A stretch of DNA of 28,116 nucleotides from Nitrospira japonica (GCA_020725385.1 DYFC01000028.1:1-28116); one strand, 5' to 3'; shown: positions 18,568-27,532, counted from the first letter of the stretch. Notes: a model not told the origin generated them from the letters alone. Numbers and translations are program-made.

Positions 18568-19446
18568 ATGAAAGATATAATTACCAAGGCTGAAATTCTA
18601 ATTGAATCATTACCATATATCAAAAATTTTTATGGTAAAACTTTTGTCATTAAATATGGAGGAGCTGCACAGGTTAAAGAAGAATTAAAAGAATCTTTTG
18701 CAAAAGATATAGTATTACTCAATTTTATAGGAATACGCACTACAATAGTTCATGGCGGTGGACCGAAAATTTCAGCAATGATGGAAAAAATGGGTAAAAA
18801 ACCCACTTTTATTCAGGGGCAGCGTGTTACTGATGAGGAAACAATGAATATTGTGGAAATGGTTCTTGGCGGACTTGTAAATAAAGAAATCGTCTCATTA
18901 ATTAATAATCACGGGGGTAAAGCTGTTGGGTTAAGCGGAAAAGATGGTGGTTTGATTAAGGCAAAAAGAAAGATAATTAAAAAAGCAAGCAATGAAGGTG
19001 AAGAAGAAATAATAGATTTAGGGCTTGTAGGAGAAGTTACAGGAGTTGATCCACAAATAATTATAAGTCTTAGTAAAGAAGGCTTTATCCCTGTAATCTC
19101 ACCTGTTGGTTCAAGCTCAAAAGGAGAAACTCTGAATATTAACGCAGATTATGTTGCTGCATCTATTGCGGCATCCTTGAAAGCAGAAAAATTAATTATT
19201 CTAACCGATGTTCCGGGAATAATGGACAAAAACGAAAAAATAATTTCAACAGTAAAAAAATCTCAGGTAAAAAAACTTATAGATGAAGGAATAGTTTCAG
19301 GCGGGATGCTTCCCAAAGTTCAGTCATGTGTTAAAGCAATTGAGGGAGGTGTCTCAAAAGCACATATAATAGATGGAAGAGTTCCACATTGTCTTTTGCT
19401 TGAGATCTTCACAAAGGAAGGAATTGGCACGGAAATCCAATTATAA
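18568..19446 (+). CDS. argB: Acetylglutamate kinase
   Basis: VIKYGG, VHGGGP, RVTD, NINAD, GGMLPK, HIIDGR, LEIFT. Confidence 0.97.
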   Translation: MKDIITKAEILIESLPYIKNFYGKTFVIKYGGAAQVKEELKESFAKDIVLLNFIGIRTTIVHGGGPKISAMMEKMGKKPTFIQGQRVTDEETMNIVEMVLGGLVNKEIVSLINNHGGKAVGLSGKDGGLIKAKRKIIKKASNEGEEEIIDLGLVGEVTGVDPQIIISLSKEGFIPVISPVGSSSKGETLNINADYVAASIAASLKAEKLIILTDVPGIMDKNEKIISTVKKSQVKKLIDEGIVSGGMLPKVQSCVKAIEGGVSKAHIIDGRVPHCLLLEIFTKEGIGTEIQL

Positions 19447-20227
19447 GCGCTTTATTAAATTTCTCTTAATAATCTCTATAATCAGTACTACACTCTATCT
19501 TTTTTTATTTCCCGATGTCTCAAGGCTTAAAAAAGTGAATCCCCAAAAGACCTCTTTTATGGAATATAGAGAAAGAGAATGGAAAGAACAGGGTAAAAAG
19601 TACAGAATACAACAAAGATGGGTGCCATTGTCCAGGATGTCGCCTTATATTAAAAAAGCTGTTTTAATTGCAGAAGATGATAAGTTCTGGAGACACGAAG
19701 GATTTGACTTTGATGCAATTAAAAAAGCTCTGGAAAAAGATATTAAAGAGAAAAAGTTTAAACTCGGAGGAAGTACAATAAGCCAGCAGCTTGCAAAAAA
19801 TCTCTATCTATCTCCATCAAAAAATCCGATCAGGAAAATTAGAGAAGCAATAATCACATGGAGAATGGAAAGAGTTTTAAGCAAAAAGAGAATACTCGAA
19901 CTTTATTTAAATGTTGCTGAATGGGGAGATGGAGGTATTTTTGGGATTGAAATGGCATCAAGACATTACTTTGGAAAATCGGCCAATGATTTAACAGCCG
20001 AAGAATCAGCCCGTCTGGCAGCGGTTTTACCAAACCCTAGGAAATATAATCCTCTTGGTGGCAGTAAATATGTTGAAAATAGAGCAAATCTTATTTACAA
20101 TATCATGGTCAAACGTGGTATAGTAGTTCCTGAATATGAAGAAGTAATTAAAGAAGAGGGAGGTAATCCTCTGAATCCTAATAATAATATTCAACAGGAG
20201 GGGGTGGTAAATGAACATACTAACTAA
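19424..20227 (+). CDS. mtgA: Monofunctional peptidoglycan transglycosylase
   Basis: N-terminal TM and GT51 motifs AEDDKFW.HEG, GGSTISQQLAKN, RKIRE, KKRILELYLN. Likely TTG start at 19424 after AAGGAAGGA. Confidence 0.92.
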   Translation: MARKSNYKRFIKFLLIISIISTTLYLFLFPDVSRLKKVNPQKTSFMEYREREWKEQGKKYRIQQRWVPLSRMSPYIKKAVLIAEDDKFWRHEGFDFDAIKKALEKDIKEKKFKLGGSTISQQLAKNLYLSPSKNPIRKIREAIITWRMERVLSKKRILELYLNVAEWGDGGIFGIEMASRHYFGKSANDLTAEESARLAAVLPNPRKYNPLGGSKYVENRANLIYNIMVKRGIVVPEYEEVIKEEGGNPLNPNNNIQQEGVVNEHTN

Positions 20228-20278
20228 AAGTTTTGACAAAAAAATTTATTTAATATAATATATTCAACTAATTTCTAC

Positions 20279-20307
20279 TTGACAAGTATCTATGTCCTTA
20301 ATATAAT
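20279..20307 (+). promoter_or_regulatory. Consensus sigma-70 promoter for ihfA-merR-tRNA-Pro
   Basis: TTGACA-17 bp-TATAAT exact. A second TTGACA at 20233-20238 has TAATAT 17 bp downstream. Confidence 0.8.
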
Positions 20308-20332
20308 TAAAAAAATTGAAAGAAGGTTAATT

Positions 20333-20617
20333 ATGACAAAGGCAGATTTAGTTGAAAAGATATTTGAGAAGATAGGATTATCAAAAAAAGAAGCTCAGGA
20401 AATCATTGAAATTCTTTTTGACACAATGAAGCAGACCTTTATTGAAGGTGAATCTGTTAAGATTTCAGGCTTTGGTACATTCAATGTCAGGCAGAAAATG
20501 GCAAGAAGAGGCAGAAATCCAAAGACAGGCGAAGAAATGGAAATAACACCAAGAAGAGTTATTACCTTCAGAGCAAGCAATCAACTAAAAGCAATGATGG
20601 GAATTAAAGATGTATAA
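20333..20617 (+). CDS. ihfA: Integration host factor subunit alpha
   Basis: MTKADLV...VKISGFGTF.VR.K..R.GRNPKTGE...RRVITFRAS, in the conserved ihfA-merR-tRNA-Pro context. Confidence 0.9.
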   Translation: MTKADLVEKIFEKIGLSKKEAQEIIEILFDTMKQTFIEGESVKISGFGTFNVRQKMARRGRNPKTGEEMEITPRRVITFRASNQLKAMMGIKDV

Positions 20618-21026
20618 GACATCAACAGAAGCAATTAAAGCTTATTCGCCCTTTCCTGATAAATTATTTTATAAAATAGGCGAAGTAAGTAAGATTGTCG
20701 GGGTTGAACCATATGTCCTGAGATATTGGGAAACAGAATTCAATTTTCTTAAACCTCGCAAAAATAAATCAGGGCAGCGTGTTTATATTAAAAAAGATGT
20801 TGAACTGCTTTTAACCATAAAAAGGCTTTTATATCAAGAAAGATATACAATTGAAGGTGTAAGAAAAAGACTCGGACTATCGAATAATATTTCTGAACTT
20901 AAACCTGAACAGGAAAAAAGTTATATAAAAGAAGTTCAGATTAAAGAAAAAGAGCCTCGCCAGCCTGCAATAACCATGGAGCATGTCAAAAAGAGGCTTA
21001 GGGAAATCCTGAGTCAGCTTCAATAA
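20610..21026 (+). CDS. MerR-family HTH regulator (ihfA-linked)
   Basis: PDKLFYKIGEVS...VLRYWETEF...GQRVY...YTIEG. Confidence 0.92.
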   Translation: MYKTSTEAIKAYSPFPDKLFYKIGEVSKIVGVEPYVLRYWETEFNFLKPRKNKSGQRVYIKKDVELLLTIKRLLYQERYTIEGVRKRLGLSNNISELKPEQEKSYIKEVQIKEKEPRQPAITMEHVKKRLREILSQLQ

Positions 21027-21043
21027 GAAATCAAATAAAATAT

Positions 21044-21120
21044 CGGGGCGTAGCGCAGCCTGGTAGCGCACTCGCTTGGGGTGTGAGTGGTCGCCCGTTC
21101 AAATCGGGTCGCCCCGACCA
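21044..21120 (+). tRNA. tRNA-Pro (GGG)
   Basis: Acceptor CGGGGCG/CGCCCCG, D arm TAGCGCAGCCTGGTAGCGC, anticodon arm CTCGC-TTGGGGT-GTGAG, T loop GTTCAAATC, 3' CCA. Confidence 0.97.
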
Positions 21121-21145
21121 ATAATTTCAATAACTGGAAATAATA

Positions 21146-21751
21146 ATGGAAGAATTTTTTTCGTGGCTTGTTACCACAATAGGAACTCTTGGTTATCCTG
21201 GAATAGTACTTTTAATGTTTATTGAAAGTACATTCATTCCATTACCTTCAGAACTTGTTATACCACCAGCAGGATATTTAATTTATCAGAATCAAATGAG
21301 CTGGACCGGAGTAATATTTTCAGGAACTATTGGAAGCGTCCTTGGTGCTTTGTTCAATTATTCCATTGCTGTTTATTTGGGCAGACCTTTCATTCTGAAA
21401 TATGGAAAATATTTTGGTGTATCCCAAAAACATTTTGTTAAAGGTGAAGAATTTTTCCTGAAGCATGGAACCATAAGCACTTTTATTGGAAGACTTATTT
21501 TAGGTATAAGGCATTATATTTCCTTTCCAGCAGGCTTATGGAGAATGCATCTTGGTAAATTTTGTTTCTATACTGCACTTGGAGCAGCAATTTGGGTTTT
21601 TATACTTACATATATAGGTTACTTCGTTGGCAACAACAAGGAGAAAGTTCTTCAAATAAGCAAGCAATGGAGCGGGTATATAATTATTGGGTGTATTCTC
21701 CTGATAATTGCTTATATAATCTGGAATAAAAAGAAATCTTCAAATCTATGA
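21146..21751 (+). CDS. DedA family membrane protein
   Basis: MFIES..IPLPSELVIPPAG, FIGRLI.GIRH.IS.PAG. Confidence 0.93.
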   Translation: MEEFFSWLVTTIGTLGYPGIVLLMFIESTFIPLPSELVIPPAGYLIYQNQMSWTGVIFSGTIGSVLGALFNYSIAVYLGRPFILKYGKYFGVSQKHFVKGEEFFLKHGTISTFIGRLILGIRHYISFPAGLWRMHLGKFCFYTALGAAIWVFILTYIGYFVGNNKEKVLQISKQWSGYIIIGCILLIIAYIIWNKKKSSNL

Positions 21752-23019
21752 GTTTTTTTGCTGACCTTCATATACATTCCAAGTTTTCAAGAGCTACAAG
21801 TAGAGAAATGACTCTTGAATCTTTATGGAAATGGGCGCAACTTAAAGGAATATCAGTCCTGGGAACAGGTGATTTTACCCACCCTGTTTGGTTTAAAGAA
21901 ATAAAAGAAAAACTTTACAATAATGCAAACAACCTATTTGAATTAAAAGATAATTATAAAACAAAAGATATATTTACATCCTGCATCTCCGATGTTCATT
22001 TTATTCTGAGCGCTGAGATAAGTTGTATCTATTCTAAAGGTGGTAAGATCAGAAAAGTTCACAATATTGTTTTTATGCCAGATATACAAAGTGTGGAAAA
22101 GTTCAATAATATTCTCTCCAGAATCGGCAACCTTTCTTCTGACGGAAGACCCATAATCGGTCTCGATTCAAAAGAGCTTCTTAAGATAGCACTCGATGTA
22201 TCCGATAGGGCAATGCTCATTCCTGCACATGCATGGACTCCGCATTTTTCAGTGTTTGGAGCAGGTTCAGGGTTTGATTCACTTGAAGATTGTTTTGAAG
22301 AACTAAGTCCTTATATCTATGCTATTGAAACAGGGTTGTCATCAGATCCTAAAATGAACTGGAGGATTTCCGAACTCGATAGATTAACACTTATATCAAA
22401 TTCCGATGCTCACTCACCTTTGAAACTTGGACGTGAAGCTAACATATTTAATAAAGAAAAGACTTATGACGCAATATTTGAAGCTATAAAAAGTAAAAAA
22501 GGATTTGAAGGTACTGTTGAATTTTTCCCAGAAGAAGGAAAGTACCATTACGATGGACATAGAAATTGTGGAATAAATATGTCACCAAAAGAAACAATCA
22601 ATCATAACTATATCTGTCCTGTATGCAATAAAAAACTAACAATAGGAGTCATGCACAGAGTCGAAAAACTCGCTGACAGAGAAGATGGCTATATTATAAA
22701 AAATGCTGTTCCTTTTTATTCAATAATACCTCTGATGGAAATATTGGCGGAAGTTCTAAAAACAGGTATAAACAGCAAAAAGGTTTTACAGAATTATTAT
22801 ATGTTGCTTGAAAAACTCGGAAATGAATTTAACATACTTCTTAATATCCCTTTGGATGAAATCGGAAAAGTTAAGATTCCTAAACTAAAAGAAGCAATAG
22901 AAAGAGTACGCTCGGGTAATATTCATATAATTCCAGGATATGACGGAGAATTCGGAAAAATAAGCATATTTGAACAGATAAAAAGACAAGAAACAAAAGG
23001 CCAGACAAGACTTTTTTAA
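21748..23019 (+). CDS. Endonuclease Q family protein (PHP domain plus zinc finger)
   Basis: DLHIHSKFSRATS, GTGDFTHP, PAHAWTP, ETGLSSD, SNSDAHS, GKYHYDGHRNC, CPVC, PGYDGEFG. Confidence 0.9.
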   Translation: MSFFADLHIHSKFSRATSREMTLESLWKWAQLKGISVLGTGDFTHPVWFKEIKEKLYNNANNLFELKDNYKTKDIFTSCISDVHFILSAEISCIYSKGGKIRKVHNIVFMPDIQSVEKFNNILSRIGNLSSDGRPIIGLDSKELLKIALDVSDRAMLIPAHAWTPHFSVFGAGSGFDSLEDCFEELSPYIYAIETGLSSDPKMNWRISELDRLTLISNSDAHSPLKLGREANIFNKEKTYDAIFEAIKSKKGFEGTVEFFPEEGKYHYDGHRNCGINMSPKETINHNYICPVCNKKLTIGVMHRVEKLADREDGYIIKNAVPFYSIIPLMEILAEVLKTGINSKKVLQNYYMLLEKLGNEFNILLNIPLDEIGKVKIPKLKEAIERVRSGNIHIIPGYDGEFGKISIFEQIKRQETKGQTRLF

Positions 23020-23025
23020 GAATAA

Positions 23026-23312
23026 TTGATTAACCCGAAAAATGCAGATAATGCCAAAGCTTTTGAAACACTGGTGTTCTATAGCGAAAAAAGTGCTATA
23101 AAGCCTGTCATAGCCTTTGCCAAAACCCTTGAGAAATATGCTTATGGAATTATTAACCATCGCAGATTTCCTATTCATACAAGCCGTATGGAAGGGATTA
23201 ACAATAAAATTAAGGTTATTAAACATAAAGCTTATGGGTTCCATGATATAGAATATTTCTATTTAATCATTAAAAATGCCTTCGCTTATACCAACTAAAT
23301 TGGAGAAAAACC
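23026..23312 (+). mobile_element. ISL3-family transposase C-terminal remnant with probable right end
   Basis: YGIINH...IHTSRMEGINNKIKVIKHKAYGFHD is the ISL3 C-terminal motif. It is followed by ACTAAATTGGAGAAAAACC, resembling ISL3 ends. The N-terminal part is absent. Confidence 0.85.
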
Positions 23313-23431
23313 ATTTTTATTAAAGTTAAATGTTATTACAATATGAAAAAGCCTTTAAGTTTTTGTTGTATAATTTATATATTAAAGAAAATATTTTCTA
23401 AAAATTATCATTAATTGTATGGAGAAATTAA

Positions 23432-23675
23432 ATGTATGAAGATTTAATAATATCAGACCCTAAAATTATGTTGGGCAAACCTATTATAAAAAGGAACTCG
23501 AATAACTGTCGAACTAATTCTTGAAAAGCTTGCTTCGGGTGAGACAATCCAACAAATACTTGAGGCACATCCTCGTTTAACTTATGAAAGTGTAAGAGCT
23601 GCTCTTTCATTCGCAGCAAAAGTCTTAAAAAGTGATATTGTTTATCCTGTCATTGAAAAAGAAGAAGCTGCATGA
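23432..23675 (+). pseudogene. DUF433 antitoxin, frameshifted
   Basis: GGAG SD, then MYEDLIISDPKIMLGKPIIK, one extra A in an A5 run at about 23488-23492, then GTRITVELILEKLASGETIQQILEAHPRLT...AALSFAA. GKPxIxGTRI is the DUF433 signature. Confidence 0.88.
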
Positions 23676-23743
23676 ATTTTCTGGCTGACGAAAATGTTGA
23701 TAGTCAAATTGTTAAAGGTTTAAGAAAAGAAGGATATTCTGTA
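23672..23743 (+). pseudogene. DUF5615 PIN-like toxin, truncated after about 24 codons
   Basis: MNFLADENVDSQIVKGLRKEGYSV with an ATGA overlap with DUF433. The rest of the ORF is the antisense of an Rhs fragment. Confidence 0.82.
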
Positions 23744-23942
23744 ACGGTTCCATCATCGTTTTTAGCTAATAATACATACTCCTCTTTTACTACAAGACTT
23801 GTATTTGCTTTTTCTGAACTTGCTCCCCCTGTTTTCACTGCATTTGGAGCAATTGATTGTTCAATTACCCATACTGTTACTGCATTCATTGCAGAAAGCA
23901 TCATGCCTTGTGAAAATGTTCCACCTGAAAGCTCTGAACCAA
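23744..23942 (-). pseudogene. Orphan Rhs linker / C-terminal toxin fragment
   Basis: 23784-23942 is homologous to 25874-26032 (GSELSGGTFSQGMMLSAMNAVT...LVVK), then diverges (EEYVLLAKNDDGT). Left boundary approximate. Confidence 0.8.
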
Positions 23943-23970
23943 ATTCTTTTGGCAACTCTTTTGTTAACTA

Positions 23971-24606
23971 CTAATAATATCGAATCAAAGCATTCTCAAA
24001 ATCTTGAAAATGTGAAACGAAAAATTTCTTCACCTCATCCCATGAAACTGTTTTGTCTATTAGAATTGGCTCTGGGTTTTTCTCTGCCTCCTCAAAATAT
24101 GTAAGTCCTTTGATAATATGGAAATAATTAACACTTCTGCCATATTTTTTATAAGCCATCTCACAAAGCTTATCAACCCCTAATTTTTTTATTCCAAAGT
24201 AAAGATCATAAAAATCCTTTTTTAGCCCTCTCTCACTTACTGTACGCAACTTCTCAACGGTAATATCACGCCAATCAGCTACAATTATTGACTCAAAAGA
24301 AATAGGTGGTAGAAGCAAGAGACAATCATAAAAAATAAATGACACTTTAATGTCTTCTAAAATACAGTACAAAGTTCCCCAGCTTTTCATTTCGCCTTTG
24401 ATCTGGAAACCACTTTTTTTAATAACTGTAGCAAGGCTATCTGGAGAGAATTCTTTATCTGTAAAGAAGTCAAAATCATAGGATTTCCTATGTCCTATTT
24501 GTAAAGCTAATCCTGTACCACCAGCAAGATAAAATGAAAACTCGCGAAGAAATCCCAGTTTCTTAGTTAGTAGATGCATATTGCTATTAATTGTCTCAAG
24601 ATGCAT
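23971..24606 (-). CDS. AbiEii/AbiGii-family nucleotidyltransferase toxin
   Basis: FYLAGGTGLALQIGHRKSYDFDFF, KL...R..KKDFYDLY, LTYFEEAE. Confidence 0.9.
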   Translation of the reverse strand: MHLETINSNMHLLTKKLGFLREFSFYLAGGTGLALQIGHRKSYDFDFFTDKEFSPDSLATVIKKSGFQIKGEMKSWGTLYCILEDIKVSFIFYDCLLLLPPISFESIIVADWRDITVEKLRTVSERGLKKDFYDLYFGIKKLGVDKLCEMAYKKYGRSVNYFHIIKGLTYFEEAEKNPEPILIDKTVSWDEVKKFFVSHFQDFENALIRYY

Positions 24607-24829
24607 AGCCTGCTGCTTTACAGTATGAAAAGGTCCTCTTTGAAAGTATCCTGCTCTTTTTTACTGTTTCTTTTATTTTATCTTCTGAAAATGTATTTCT
24701 CATCCAGAAAAGGTCTTCTATATCTCCAAACTCCAAAATTCTTTCAACAATAAAAAACCAATCTTCATCAGGGGATAAAGTGTCTCTTTCTACATCCCAG
24801 AAAAGAGTTTGTTTCTTGAGGGATTCCAT
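24596..24829 (-). CDS. DUF6922-like small partner protein (putative antitoxin)
   Basis: LFWDV...FIVERILEFG. Overlaps the NTase start by 11 nt. Confidence 0.8.
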   Translation of the reverse strand: MESLKKQTLFWDVERDTLSPDEDWFFIVERILEFGDIEDLFWMRNTFSEDKIKETVKKSRILSKRTFSYCKAAGYAS

Positions 24830-24896
24830 AAAATTATTATATCATAGTGAAAATGCCACATTTCTTAAAATACTTTTTCTTCTCGAATTTATAATG

Positions 24897-25011
24897 AAGC
24901 CTAAAATTCTTACACTTCCGAAGTGGAGGTTTTTTAGGCTTGTAACTGGTTAATTATAAAAAGAAAATTGATGGTAAATTTTGAGATGAAAAAATATTTA
25001 CACTTAATAAT
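24897..25011. repeat. Cassette-junction repeat, long copy 1
   Basis: 24903-25011 equals 28003-28111 with 2 mismatches in 109 bp. Contains the 45-bp dyad AAGCCTAAAA-TTCTTA-CACTTC-C-GAAGTG-GAGGTT-TTTTAGGCTT. Confidence 0.92.
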
Positions 25012-25033
25012 AAAAGGATTTTTATTTTGTTAA

Positions 25034-25536
25034 TTATTTCCTAACATCTACTAACTCTTCTACTTTTTCACTATCTTTGTTTTCTTTTTTCATCAACCAT
25101 TTATTAATTAGAGTTAAAAGTGGATAAAATATTAAAAGTAATAATGCTACATCAATTATCACATCAAAAAAAGGGCTAACTATTGCCATAGATACTTTTA
25201 ATCCTGTTAATTTGATATAAGCACACCAAAGAGTGCTGAAGGTAATGCACTTATAACTAGACTGAGCATTACACTAATACCCCTTACTAAATAGTAAAAT
25301 ATCAATAATGAAACATACAAAAAACAGCTTTTAGGTGACCATTGAAAATGTAACTTTTTTCGCCAAGTTAATATTGAAAATAGAAGTGCACCTTCAAAAA
25401 ATGCAGTTATTACCATAATAATTATATAATGATTTTCATGTGTTAAAAAAACACCTTGACGATATATAACAAACAATTCAAGAAATGTTGCGATAATGCC
25501 TCCTATAAAAAAGGAACTTATTATTTTTTTCTTCAT
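25034..25536 (-). pseudogene. Multi-TM putative immunity protein, frameshifted near 25210-25270
   Basis: ATGA-type overlap with the Rhs-CT stop. The 109-aa ORF continues in another frame as AYIKLTGLKVSMAIVSPFFDVIIDVALLLLIFYPLLTLINKWLMKKENKDSEKVEELVDVRK, stopping at 25034. Confidence 0.65.
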
Positions 25537-26912
25537 AATTTCATTCCTGCTGGAGGCTTTGTGGGACTATACCAAAATGGAGCTGTCCAACATATTTCAT
25601 GTCCAGTGATAATCTCAGCTGTAGTTAAAGTATAACGACTTATACCAAATAGCCTTGAAAAATATTCATGATAATCTTGTAAACAAGCTCTAACCCACCT
25701 ATCCCAGTTTTTAGGGAAAAACTCAAACGGTGCTTTAGCTGTTCTACAGATTTCTTCAAACTTACTGAATAAATACTCACTCACTAAATCATCTGCTCCG
25801 TTTGCTAACTCTCCCCAGTATACACACGATTCTGGACCTTTTCCATATATTTGAGATTGGGAATTGTCACTAACTTTTACTACTAAAGTATTTTGTGCTT
25901 TTTCTGAACTTGCTTCACCTGTTTTCACTGCATTTGGAGCTATTGATTGTTCAATTGCTCATATTGTTACTGCATTCATTGCTGAAAGCATCATGCCTTG
26001 CGAAAATGTTCCGCCTGAAAGCTCTGAACCAATTCCACCAACTATACCCGCTCCAAATGCTCCTAATACCAGTTTGCCAAACGGATCAACTCCTTTTAAC
26101 CCCGCTACCCATCCTCCTACTGCTCCACCTGCAGTTCCAAGTGCCATCCCCTGTAATACGTTACCTCCAGATAATGCAGATGCTGTCGCACCTCCTGCCG
26201 CTCCACCTACCATCCCTATTATTACAGTTGATTCTACTATCTGCGAAATCGCTAAACCAGCTCCAAATCCTACCGCTCCTCCTGCAGCACCTGATATCGC
26301 ACCCGCTGTAGTTGAAGATATTGCACCTGCTTGAACTGAAGATGCAAGAGAGCCTGCCACTGCTCCTTCTACTCCAGAAAATATCCCTCCAGAAATACCT
26401 CCTATTACTCCACCAGTTACCATAGCCTGAAAATTCCAATCACTCTGTACTCCAGACATCAATGCCCCAATTACTGCTCCTATCAACATCTCAACGAAAA
26501 AGTTTCCGCTTGGGTCTGTGAGTATTACAGGATTGTTTCTACAATAGCTGTATCTGTTTAGTGTCTGTGGGTCTGTGTAATCTTGGACTATTGAATCTGC
26601 GCTTATGAATCTTCCAATCTCTGGTTCGTAATATCTCGCACCATAGTAATACAAACCTGATTCTGTATCAAGCTCCTGCCCTGTGAATTTGTGCTTTACT
26701 TTTATTGAGCCTGTATCTGTGTAAACCTTTCCATAAGGATAATAATATAGGTCTTCTACTTTGTTTCCATTTGTATCTGTCATAACACTGCTACTTCCCA
26801 AATGGTCTGTGTGATAATAATATATATTTGAACCAGTCTTCATCGCAACCCTTTTATCATCTGCAAAGATGTATTTGGTACATGTTGAGTATGTGCATTC
26901 ATAAAACTTGCC
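25533..26912 (-). pseudogene. 5'-truncated Rhs-core toxin with Gly-rich linker and C-terminal domain, interrupted by an in-frame TGA at 25959-25961
   Basis: YYYHTDHLGS, FTGQELD.ESGLYYYGARYY.P.IGRF, LNRYSY..NNPVILTDPSG. The frame opens at 26912 without a start codon (GKFYECT...). ORFs 25959-26843 and 25533-25928 are in the same frame. Confidence 0.88.
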
Positions 26913-26975
26913 TTATTTATGGCAATCATATTGACATATTTTTGTTTTGGAATCAATAGGGGTTTACAGAAATTT

Positions 26976-27001
26976 TTACACTTCCGAAGTGGAGGTTTTT
27001 T
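26976..27001. repeat. Cassette-junction repeat, core-only copy
   Basis: TTACACTTCCGAAGTGGAGGTTTTTT is identical to 24910-24935 and 28010-28035. Confidence 0.9.
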
Positions 27002-27007
27002 TAAAAA

Positions 27008-27532
27008 CTATCTCTTTGGATATATGTCTTCGAATATTTCCTCTAAGGCATATATAGTTCTCGGAGGTATTTGTTTGTTAGGATAATACTTCTCCAATAT
27101 TAAAATAACTGTATTTAAATCGTTGATATTTAAATATCTTATTAAAAATTTAATATCAGAAATGTCTTCGCTTTCACCCAATCGCATAGACATACATTTC
27201 ATAGCCAAAATATACTCGGGAGCAGCTGTAAATATCTTCAAATTTGATAACTCTAAATAAATATCAAATGCAGCTTCTGTACTCAAATAACCTTTAGCTG
27301 CATCATTAAGCCAATTACGGTTTAAATCATATTCTTCAGCTATCTTATCAGCTAATTTAGCAATTATACTCTTTGGTTCAAAGATAGCATCAACATCTTT
27401 TGTTGATACTCTTGCATTTAAAGCTACACACATTACTGCTCCACCTATTAAATATATTTCTCCAATGATATTGAGATTTTTTAGTTCTTCATTTAAAGCC
27501 ATAAGATATTTATTAATTTCATCTTTTGTCAT
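27008..27532 (-). CDS. DUF6036-like nucleotidyltransferase (putative toxin)
   Basis: IYLIGGAVM...R.STKDVD (GG/DxD), WLNDAAKG, YILAMK, R..E.ED..DI. Confidence 0.8.
   Translation of the reverse strand: MTKDEINKYLMALNEELKNLNIIGEIYLIGGAVMCVALNARVSTKDVDAIFEPKSIIAKLADKIAEEYDLNRNWLNDAAKGYLSTEAAFDIYLELSNLKIFTAAPEYILAMKCMSMRLGESEDISDIKFLIRYLNINDLNTVILILEKYYPNKQIPPRTIYALEEIFEDIYPKR

Noticed and set aside
19424-19440. TTGGCACGG as a sigma-54 promoter
   Set aside because: There is no GC at the -12 position, and it lies in the argB/mtgA coding overlap.
21044-21120. tRNA-Pro as the integration site of the island
   Set aside because: It is followed by dedA and endoQ, with no integrase and no duplicated tRNA 3' end seen in the window.
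25959-25961. In-frame TGA as a sign of an alternative genetic code or selenocysteine
   Set aside because: TGA is used as a normal stop elsewhere (e.g. 16041-16043), Trp is TGG in the core genes, and the aligned residue is Trp rather than Cys. A nonsense mutation is simpler.
25864-26439. ORFs 25864-26334 (+), 25895-26311 (+) and 26161-26439 (-)
   Set aside because: They are shadows of the Gly/Ala-rich Rhs linker.
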